A stretch of 20,000 bases of DNA, from contig JYFJ02001553.1 in the NCBI GenBank assembly GCA_000934665.2, positions 56,793 to 76,792 of the forward strand, read 5' to 3'. Below, one piece after another: positions 1 through 9,856 of the stretch (position 1 is its first letter; the number at the start of each line of letters is the position of its first letter). A model generated the notes under the pieces. It did no database searches, had not been told where the DNA came from, and worked only from the letters and a program-made list of their open reading frames with translations. The stretch comes from Catajapyx aquilonaris. Lineage: Eukaryota. A program made the position numbers and the translations under genes.

Positions 1-1187
1 CTGGAGAATTTCCGGTGGCAGGAACCAGTTTCGTGTACAACCGAATCGGAAAGGACCGTGAGTCCATGGTGGCCTCCGGACCCACCAATGAGGACCTGCA
101 GGTCATGGTAGGTGGTGCATACAACAGGTCATAGGTCAAGCCTCTGACCTTGTGTACTTTCAGGTGTTACTACGAGACATGAACCCGACACCGGGTATCT
201 ACTACGAGTACTGGATGCCCCGGGGAGAGTCAGAGGTCACGGGGTCGCCTCAGCACAGGAGCAACCAGCTGCCAGGAGAAGGTCAAAGGCCATTCTGCCC
301 CAGGAAGAAGTGCAGGAGGACAAGGAACAGACGGAAGCACTTTTGTCAGAGCCAATTTGGTGAGTTTTAACTGCACTTTACGCTAATTCCTAATCGGCTT
401 ATTCTCTCCGTCGGATGATTGCCACTTAGAGGCAGACCGGGTGCGCCATCTATGATTGAATAATTGTACTACGTGGTAAATCCAGCGCTGTCAGGTCGGA
501 CGAACATCAGACGGAGAGAAACAGCGTATTAGTGTATAGCCAAATTAAGGCAACGGGTTGACTGTAAATGTAATTATTATATAATCACAAAAAAAACGAA
601 ATTTAATGACCGTCAAAATTTCGTGTTAGTTCCAAGTAAGGTCGGTAGAGGCGCTCAATCCGTGTGTTGTGCTGCCATCTCTTGTAGACTTGTGTCACTA
701 CTATAGTGTAATGTGCGATACGGTAGCATCTTGTCTGTCTGTCTGTGGACATATATGGGAGTTATTCAAACCGGTAGACAAGTGTTTTCTGTCCGTCACG
801 CTTTGCCGGGAAATTATTTTTTGTAACACCCTGTACTTTCTTTTTTTTCACGCAGTACTGAGATGCCTGGTGACCGGGTATGACCGGATACACCGTGACA
901 CCCGGTACGAGATACAAGTCATCCAGAGCTACAAGAATGTTCAGAGGCTTCAGCCCAGGGAGTTCCTGTGGTCTGAAGGACCTTGTCCTTGCCCCCGGAT
1001 GACCTCAGGTCACGAGTACCTGGTGATGATCAAGAGCGACAATAATAGGGCCAACAATGAGCTGAGACTGGTTCTGGAGAGGGACAGTTTCGTCAGGAAG
1101 TACACACCTGACAATGCACGGAGGGTACTGAGGATACGAAGAGACGAGAAGAAATTCTGCAGAAAGTGGAAGACTAATTATAATTAA
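1..1187 (+). CDS. ADAMTSL5: ADAMTS-like protein 5 homologue, 3' part (ADAM-TS spacer + C-terminal NTR/netrin module); 5' end lies outside the window
   Basis: Exons <1-107, 164-359, 856-1187 joined by GT-AG introns (108-163, 360-855) keep one frame. GEFPVAGTSFVYNR..ESMVASGPTNEDLQVM|VLLRDMNPTPGIYYEYWMP is the end of an ADAM-TS spacer. CPRKKC..HFCQSQFVLRCLV..TRYEIQVIQSYKN..REFLWSEGPCPCPRM..EYLVM is an NTR domain. Spacer directly followed by NTR is the ADAMTSL5 architecture. Stop TAA at 1185-1187. Confidence 0.88.
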
Positions 1188-1580
1188 AACAAAAAAGGTC
1201 ATGTGGGAGTGATTCTATGTGCGTATTTATTAAAATGTGGTTTGTATACTGTGACCCCCCATTTGTATGATTCAAATGACCTGCTCTATTTGGGCTGACC
1301 TTTCGATGCATCCAGCTGGTCAGATCCAGTCCGATTGTCGTGCAGTGCGGACCTCTTCGGTGTGTTCATCGGTGTGAAAATGGCCCCAACGCATTGCCAG
1401 GTAATTAATAGTGATTAACATTTCCAGCTTAAACCTGCATTTATCTGAAGTGATATATTTTGTGCATCAAGTGGGCCATCTTTTTGTAATGATGGCAAAA
1501 TCTGAGTACGGTATGTTGCAGTGACCAATACATGTACGTACTGTACATAATGTGTACGACGTGTAATTAGTGCAACACTA

Positions 1581-2366
1581 CAAGGTGGCAAATTTGCCAG
1601 TTTGCACTATTTTTTTATGTGCGTACTTATTGGTCTGTTAACTCGAAGGTCAAGGTCAAATTTGACATTTTATTACGTGTATTTGAAACGCAGTCATAGT
1701 GTTGGTCATACTCAAGCTGCTTTAAAAATCCAGTAATTATTAAATGTGCTGCCCAGTTTTTAACTGATATTGATTAATATTGGCCCCTATACGCTTTATT
1801 TTCAATGGCACTTAAAATGAGGTCAGTATTTAAGTGAGATTCACGTAAAATTTGGTTGCTAATATTTACATCAAATTAAATGTCAGATGGGTCCAGTAAA
1901 TGCGGATAATGCGGTTTATATTTATAAATCCGGCATTGACATCAGTGTTATTACTACCTTATTATCAAATTGGGATTATTTGCGATTTAACTAATTCAAC
2001 GCAAGTGTTCGTGAAATTTAAGTCCCAGAATTGATTACATTTACGTAACCCTGGCATTTAACGTGGATTTAATATTAGGCAATTAAAATTTGTCCGTTCT
2101 CCAGATTTTGCGTGAATCTCGCCTTATTTTCAGTGCCATTCAAATAAATTGTAGTTGGTCAATTAATGATCAATCATTAAAGTTTTTGGCGACATTTTAA
2201 ATTTTTGGACAGGTTGAGTTACCTTCTTGTAGAGTGGAATTATTGCGTGTCAAATTATGCATATTAAATGTATGATTTGACCTGACCTTTTTGGAGTTAA
2301 GGGTCCTTCAAGTGAGAACATTGGGAGGGAAAATGCGGTGATATAATTGGAGCATTTGACACCCTA
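1581..2366. mobile_element. Non-autonomous Tc1/mariner-type foldback element (MITE) with long imperfect terminal inverted repeats
   Basis: The left end TA|CAAGGTGGCAAAT matches the reverse complement of the right end TA|TAGGGTGTCAAAT. Inverted similarity continues for ~270 bp, e.g. aaggtcaaggtcaaat vs atttgacctgacctt, and tttattttcaatggcacttaaaatgagg..gagattcacgtaaaatttgg vs ccagattttgcgtgaatctcgccttattttcagtgccattcaaataaa. TA flanks both ends and there is no ORF. Confidence 0.75.
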
Positions 2367-2651
2367 TATAATTTTGCAACCACATGTCGTACTATACAGA
2401 TAAACTATGTTACGTATACGTACGTGCACATGCTTAAATGTGGTCAAATGGTAGCACTTTTGATGGGGAATGCATCTCATTTTATTATTAGTGTCATATG
2501 TTGCGTAATGCTTGTGTAATACATGTTGCTCTTTTTTTTCCAGTGCTCGGACAAAAATATCCTGCACGACCTTTCCATAACCAATGACACCCCATGTGAT
2601 TAATTCATCGTATGATTTCCCACATTTCATTTGTGACATATTGTTTTAACA

Positions 2652-3043
2652 TAATGGCTATATTTCAAGCAAATTGAAAGGTAAAAAAGTTGGTAGCATA
2701 TCAGTTCAGACTGATCCATATGCATTTTGATAACAGCTGACTTGAGTTACATTGATTGGATCCGCACTGTAATATTGCATTTGGCTTAATTAACTACAAC
2801 TGCTCTTATCCCCGTATTTAGCACTTAACTCTTGTATTTCAATTGGTTAATGGTTATATTTCAGGCAACTTGAGGGTAAGAACAGGTTGGTATCATTTCA
2901 GTTCTGACTGATCACTGATGCATTTTGATAACAGCTGAGTTGCATCTAAGCAGGGTACATTGATTGGATCAAATTAGATCCACACTAATTGATGCATTTG
3001 ACTTAATTAATAACTGCTCTTATCCCCGTACGATTTAGCACTC
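2652..3043. repeat. Two-copy ~195-bp diverged tandem duplication
   Basis: Copies at ~2652-2827 and ~2848-3043 share taatgg(c/t)tatatttca, atgcattttgataacagctga, tacattgattggatc and aactgctcttatccccgta..tttagcact. Confidence 0.85.
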
Positions 3044-3079
3044 CACTATGGCACCTCCATTGTCACCCTAATTTGAAAG

Positions 3080-3960
3080 GTCGTCGTCCCACTTAACTCT
3101 GACAACACGTCGTCGTTATACTGTACTGTACAGGTACAGCTCCGTCGATATCACACTACTACACTATAAAACCCAGTCGTCTTCGTCGTACGTACTCGAC
3201 TGTACAGAGTGTACAACCCCCTTGTGCTCATACCGGCTCATACAGTATACAGTATAGTAGGAGGGGGTTGTATGTACAGTCCCTTCGTACTAATATACTA
3301 ACACAATCCAACACCGTCGTCCTCGACTGTACAGAGTGTACAACCCCCGTACTCATACAGTATACAGTATGGGCACGAGGGGTTGTATGTACAGTCAGTC
3401 CCCTCATACCAGTCATACTGTAACACAATGCAACACCGTCGTCCTCGTCGTACTCTTGTTATATACAATATACAACTGGTACAATACAGTCATCACTCCA
3501 ATCTGAAACCTCGTCATTAACACTGCGGTCCTGAAACTCAGTCGTCGTCATACCGATACTGTGCAAATATACCCTACTATGGAACACCGTCCACGTCGTA
3601 CTCGACTGTACATAGTGTACAACCCCCTCATACTCATACTGTACCACAATGAAACACCGCCGTCCTCGTCGTACTCGACGTCTCATATCTCGACTGTACA
3701 TATGTGTACAACCCCCTCGGACACATGTTGTCCAAAATGCAACACCGTCGTCCTCGTTGTATACTCGACTGTACATAGTGTACAACGCCCTCATACTCAT
3801 ACTGTACCACAATGAAACACCGTCGTCCTCGTCGTACTAGACTGGACATAGTGTACAACATCCCACCCCCCACCCCGCCCTCACACATACTGTAGGCCTA
3901 CTACAATGCAACTCCGTCCTATAGTCATACTCGACTGTTCAACACCGTCTTCATCGCTCT
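3080..3960. repeat. Degenerate minisatellite, ~70-75 bp unit
   Basis: Unit ~caccgtcgtcctcgtcgtactcgactgtacatagtgtacaaccccctcatactcatactgtaccacaatgaaa recurs with starts near 3312, 3434, 3585, 3655, 3743 and 3818. The overlapping ORFs here are repeat translations. Confidence 0.85.
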
Positions 3961-4069
3961 ACAAATATTTACTACGGGTACTACGATCACTCGATAACCA
4001 CAGGTAATCATCACCGTCAACTAGGACTCCCACCTTCAGCGACTTCGTCCCTTCGGACATCTCGCCAAG

Positions 4070-4516
4070 CACCGCCAGGAACGTCATCTGCTCGGACTAC
4101 ACGTCACCACCAGCAGGAACCTCATCATCTCCTCGGACCACCGCCCGATTGCCCAAGGAGAGGTTCCTGGCGGTGGCCAGGAACCTCTCCTTGGGGTTTG
4201 GGCAATCCCATCTTCACAATCAACGTCACTGCCACCAGGAACCTCATCTCTTCGGACAACACGTCACCGCCAGGAACCTCATCACTTCGGACAACACGTC
4301 ACCGCCAGGAATAACCGCATCTCTTCGGACAACACGTCACCGCCAGGAACCGCATCACTTCGGACAACACGTCACCGCCAGGAACCTCATCTCTTCGGAC
4401 AACACGTCACCGCCAGGAACCGCATCTCTTCGGACAACACGTCACCGCCAGGAACCTCATCATCTCCTCGGACCACCCGATTGCCCAAGGAGAGGTTCCA
4501 GGCGGTGGCCAGGAAC
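4070..4516. repeat. 35-bp minisatellite with inverted unit copies
   Basis: Unit cggacaacacgtcaccgccaggaacc(t/g)catc(t/a)ctt, ~6 near-identical copies at 4223-4460. The block ctcctcggaccac..cccgattgcccaaggagaggttcc(t/a)ggcggtggccaggaac brackets the array at ~4128-4184 and ~4464-4516. Confidence 0.9.
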
Positions 4517-5972
4517 ATCAGCCACATGAGTCATCTTGGACACCATGTTGTCATCATACCCCATAGTCATCATCACCGTCAACATTGACAATTTGGTCCT
4601 CTCCAATACTCAATAGCGAGGGAGGAGGGTGAGCGAGAGACGGTGATATTCCTCCTGAGATGACCTGAAAGATAATTATTTATATTAATACTGATCTTGT
4701 GGTTTTCAGGGTTATTCTGTGGTGGAAAAATCTGCTAACTGAACTAACCATAATAATTACATGTTGAATGCAAATAGTGTGGATCCATTTATCAGGAAAA
4801 TTAGAATCAATTTTGAAAGTAATTTATAACTTCCAAGGGTTATATATGCAATGTTATTCCCCATTTTCTCTCACCCTCAATGTTGCCCTTTTGACATAAC
4901 AACCATGACCCTGATGACCCCATCTTCCATTGTAACCTCCAATAATGCCCTTTGACCTAATGTGACCCTGATGATGATGATGACCTAATGGGCCACCTGT
5001 GCGTGTGTGGGGTGTACGTTGGACCATCTTCATCACTGAAATGTCACTATCCAGAGATGCACCATCACATCATGCGGACCATCCTCTTCACCGAGATGTC
5101 ACTATCCAGCAGAGATGTACCACCGCATCACGATGACTATCGCATCAAGGAGGACCATCCATCAGCAGAAGTGCATAAAAGTTGAAAGATGACAGCAATG
5201 TGCATAACTCGTAGGGGCCGTAAAATAGTGTGTAAGGTCATGCATTAGGTCATATGAGATATGACCATAATGCAGCAGTGCCTTACGCGCTGGAACCATA
5301 TACGAGCGTGTCATCGCATAGTGTCTTATCTTTCAACTTTAAACACGAGGTACCATATCAGCTCATCACCGTTCAGATGTCAGGAATTTTAAAGCAGTAA
5401 TTTTGGCAGAAAAAAGAGTAAAATTTGGATTAAAAATTTCTTGCGCTGAAATAATTTTAAAATTTGAAATGATTTGAAAGAAAATTGCATTGATTTTTTT
5501 TGCTAGCTAGGTGTCAGTTGAGTAGCAGGTCTGTGATGGTGACCATTCACGCTGAAACTAAATTACGCATTACTTCCAATTCAATTTGCAATAGGCTGTA
5601 ATTATAACTATCAATAATTTCCAGTCAATTAAATCCACCATTTGCATATTTACAGTACCTTCAATCACCAATTACTTATTTTAATTTAAATTATTGAAAC
5701 TGCTGATTCTTAATAATTCAGTTCAAGTGCTCTGAATAATTTCCTATTTATGTAATGTCAATTAAATTTAAACATTCATTAAATTCGGGTGTTTATGGTC
5801 ACCATCAAATCTCGGGATGCGATGTTTGTGTTTGTTTTTTGTGTCTTCCAGTGCGCAAGAGGATTGGTGAGCTTTTTGAAAAATGTTTCCTCTTCTTGAG
5901 AGAGTGAAAAAAAAAACCTGATTTCTTTGAATTAACGTACAACATCTTTCAGATGACACACTCTCACTTTTT

Positions 5973-6210
5973 AAATGTAATTATTGCCAGAAATTAATTT
6001 TTGCTACATGAAGCCCTGCTTTAATCTTTTTGAATCCGGCACTATGATGAAATCTGGCTTTTCAGTTTTGAATTGAACAATGCCTTTATATGATTTGAAT
6101 TATTGAACGATGCATTTGTTTTGAATATAATTATTGAACAAGGCATTTAAATTTTGAACAGGCTCAGAAATGAATGTATATGGTGCCTTTAAACTTGCCT
6201 CAATTTTAAT
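5973..6210. repeat. Dispersed direct repeat A, copy 1 (copy 2 at ~7772-8005)
   Basis: ccagaaattaa..catgaagcc.tgctttaat..ttgaatccg..actatgat.aaatctggc and gcatttaaattt..aacaggct.aga.atgaatgt..gtgcctttaaa occur in both copies. Confidence 0.8.
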
Positions 6211-6329
6211 ACGGCTTTAACTCACTTGGGATAATTTTTGCTCACTAGCCTGATAATAATTTTGCATAAATTTTTCAAGTGTATTTATCTCCATCATGGT
6301 ATTTTTCATACACAAGGGTATTTTTCATA

Positions 6330-6643
6330 CACAAGGTATTTACAGTCTCTAAGGTATTTACAGTCTCTAAGGTATTTACACTCTCTAAGGTATTTACACT
6401 CTCTAAGGTATTTACACTCTGAGTCTAAGGTATTTACAGTCTCTAAGGTATTTACACTCTCTAAGGTATTTACACTCTCTAAGGTATTTACACTCTGAGT
6501 CTAAGGTATTTACGGTCTCAAAGGTATTTACGGTCTCAAAGGTATATCTACAATATCTAAGGAACTTACGGTCTCTAAGGTATCTACAGTCTCAAAAGGT
6601 ATATCTACAGTCTCAAAAGGACAAAAGGTATCTACAGTCTCAA
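6330..6643. repeat. 18-bp minisatellite (aaggtatttaca(c/g)tctct)n
   Basis: About 15 tandem copies, degenerating towards the 3' end. It produces the spurious YLHSLR/KVFTLS repeat ORF 6238-6498. Confidence 0.95.
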
Positions 6644-7075
6644 ATACAATGAGACACGAGAAATACACTGCGTATTTCTCTTGTCTCAGTGTATTTCTCG
6701 TCCGCAATCTAGAAAGGATAGAACAATTAGTAGATAAACATTAGAGTCCAGATCAGGGTGGAAGGCACAGTGCGTATATCGCCGGCCTGTACCGCCAAAG
6801 AGCAAAGGTGGTGAGCTGATTGGTTCGTGTGATTGTGTTCATTAAATCCCCAAAATATTTGATTGGGGACAGGGCGTGATTGGCCCTGTTTTGATCTTTA
6901 GTTGTCCCATTATGGGGGCAGGTGGGAACTGGCTAATTTAATTTGACTGTAATTGTATGCATCCAGTCTGCTTGTACAGACTTGATTAGTACAACGTACA
7001 GTTGTTCTGTTGACTGCCAGTAGACTGCCAGTAGAGTCAGTGTACTAAAGATGACATCCCGAGGCGATTGCAGAT

Positions 7076-7124
7076 GAGCCCAGCAGACAGGCCCAGCAGA
7101 CAGGTGAGCCCAGCAGACAGGCCC
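7076..7124. repeat. Short tandem repeat (gcccagcagacag)x3
   Basis: gagcccagcagacaggcccagcagacaggtgagcccagcagacaggccc read directly. Confidence 0.85.
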
Positions 7125-7549
7125 AATTGAAATTGGGTAATTTTTTTAAATATTTTAATGGCAAATATTATTTTGTAAATGTAAATGTGCCTGCAAGTAC
7201 CCCAGTTACGTTTGTGCTTTTAGGCACTGCTTATACTGTTAATCCTTTCTTTTTAAGCTTTGTTCGGCTTTTGTTTATTTTGCCAATATTTTTTACATTT
7301 CATATAACCCGAAATAAACACAATTAATATTATATTGTAAATCAAACGTCGCCTAATTTTGGCAGGGTACTTTGCTTGGAGTATGATTCCACCCAACTTT
7401 TCGGCTGGAAACATGCTTTTCCACGCCATGGGTGGGTTGCATCAAAGACAACCTGTTTGAAATTCAGTTTTTGCAATCCACCCTATGAGTTGGAGCTTTG
7501 TCGTAGCGGCGTGGCTTTTCACCAATCCAACTCAACTTTGACTTTGACC

Positions 7550-8320
7550 TTTCAGGGGTACTAATGCACTCATTTTAGGCACATTCACATTGGAATTAAT
7601 TCTGTTTTATTTATTTTTTTGCACAGTTTCACAAGTACTTGGTGAAGCAACATTTACAAATCCTTCACACGACAAACATTGGGAAGATGACACATGAACT
7701 GCAACTACTAGATAAAACAAGGTGCGATCTCATTACATGTTGCCTGTAACATTCTTAAGATTACCTTTTGCAAATGTAACGTTGCCAATTATTTTCCAGA
7801 AATTAAATTTTTTTTTGTTCATGAAGCCTTGCTTTAATTTTTGAATCCGTGAACTATGATCAAATCTGGCATTAAATTTAAAAAAAAAAAAAGAATTTAA
7901 TTTTGAACGGAATGCATTTAATTTTAAACTGAATTTTAAATGCATTTAAATTTTTCAACAGGCTTAGATATGAATGTGTGCCTTTAAAACCTGCTTTAAT
8001 TTTATCCAAAACGTCCGTTAGGGTGTTGTCTACAAGTGGGCCAAACTTCATGCTGCTATCATTAAAGGGGCAATTCTTCCAAATATTTCATCTCTTATCT
8101 GCCGTTCTACAACTCGACTTCCGACTTTTTCTTTCAGGGATACTTATGGTCTACTCGTCTCATTTTAGGCACATTCACTTTGGGATTAATTCTTCGACAG
8201 TCTTCACATAAATCACTTTTTATTATGCATAGTTTCACAAGTACTCGGCAAAGCCACGTTTACAAATTCTTGCAAAAATATTCACACGACAAGCATTGGG
8301 AAGACGACACAGTTGAACTG
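7550..8320. repeat. Dispersed direct repeat B (7550-7705 and 8130-8320) flanking copy 2 of repeat A (7772-8005)
   Basis: Both copies share ctttcaggg.tact, ctcattttaggcacattcac.ttgg.attaattct, agtttcacaagtact.gg and ttcacacgacaa.cattgggaaga.gacaca. Confidence 0.8.
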
Positions 8321-9856
8321 GAAGAGAAAACAATGGTAAGTCCTCATATGTTGACCCACTCTAGTCATGTCATGCCCCAAAATTCTGGCCTCTCATATAC
8401 TTATTGCTTTCGCAGATGTCCAGCATTGAAGACCAGACATTCCGACCAAGACGACGAACATCCTGGCATCAGCAGGAGTTGATTCCAAGAACACGTACCA
8501 CTCATTGTAATCAAGTCTAATCTATAACAATTTTGGCCATCATAATTACTTTCACTGGTCTGTATATAAGATTCAATAATAATTTGGTTTATAACGTAAT
8601 CGCTGACTTCAATTACTTTTAAAAGCAAAACCTGCATTCTTCACTGTTCAGGCTTCCGTGAAACAGCTTGAGAGTAAGAAAAAAGCGGTATGCAGTTCGT
8701 AAATGTACAGTAAGCTGTAGGTCGCTTATAGTCAACTAATTTGTAACATAGCGACATGAGGATTGCTCGTATGTACTGTACATCTTGCTGCAATGACTTT
8801 TCATTTACAGAAGGATCCAACTCGTTACATGAAAACACACAACAAAGTGTACGTCATATTACGTGCATTGCTAGTTAAAACCATTTAATGCACTTTTCCT
8901 CTCAGGATTATAAATTTATCAAAAGTGACTATCTCTCTAAGCCTATTACTACCTTTAAAAAAAATTGGTCCCTAAATTTTCATTGTACATGTTTTGTAGC
9001 AATACTTCAGGTATGTATCGATTTATTATTTGCAAACCGGGCGTTAATCCAGATGCACTAGAAATACAGTAGTAAAGAGTTATTTTATTACATATTTATA
9101 GCTAAAGCTGAGTTTCAGTCTGTTGAAGGTAAAGGCTTTTTTTTTCAGCATGCCGAAAGCTGCACTAAAATCCGCTGAGAAATAGTTTGTCGTAATAATT
9201 GCAACAAGCACCGTACAAATAACTGCCATCGACTATATGCTGCATGCCTCATAAAAATTAAGTTAACTTGACTAAAGTAAATAAAGCATCTGTAATGTAA
9301 TAAAAATACGGTATCAAAAATTTGATACAAGGTCCCAAAAACAAAGTTACGTGAAACTCCGTAGTGGGCCTGAACACGTCTGAAGGTACGTCCTACTGGT
9401 GAGTACACAACGTTTCAAAGTAACGTCTACGCAATATGAAACACAGATGGTGTTCGCTAAATTCAATCTCTGTCTTACAGATCATTCGAATACGTAACAA
9501 AAAATACGCTGACGTCACACAAATCGTACTTGGAAATTCTGTAATTATGTGACCTTCCGACAAATCACACTTGACCTGCAGACATTAAATATGAAATTCC
9601 ACCAAGCACACTGAATGCAAAAAGGCATCAAGGCACATAAGTTAACTACGATACCACAAAATTATTGCATTAAAATTTACCCAGATTAAGCCCTGATGTT
9701 AATGAGACCAGGGCAATTTATTGCAATTGCGCACAATCGCATCAGTCGGACAAAATCCAAACTGTCATGGAATCGCAATTTAATCGTTGCATCAAAAAGT
9801 GGCGACAATTTTGAATCCAATGCTGCCGTAATAATTGGTTCATGCAAATGCGACCT

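Noticed and set aside
669..855. N-terminal part of the 172-aa ORF
   Set aside because: Intronic read-through; the real exon starts at 856 after a polypyrimidine tract and CAG.
3080..4516. CRISPR-like array
   Set aside because: Units are contiguous tandem copies without unique spacers, there are no cas genes, and the context is intron-rich eukaryotic DNA.
3228..4529. ORFs 3228-3888 and 4149-4529 as genes
   Set aside because: These are translations of minisatellites. The 35-bp unit is not a multiple of 3, so the peptide cycles through frames.
6238..6498. ORF with YLHSLR / KVFTLS repeats
   Set aside because: It is a by-product of the stop-free 18-bp minisatellite; no splice or start context supports it.
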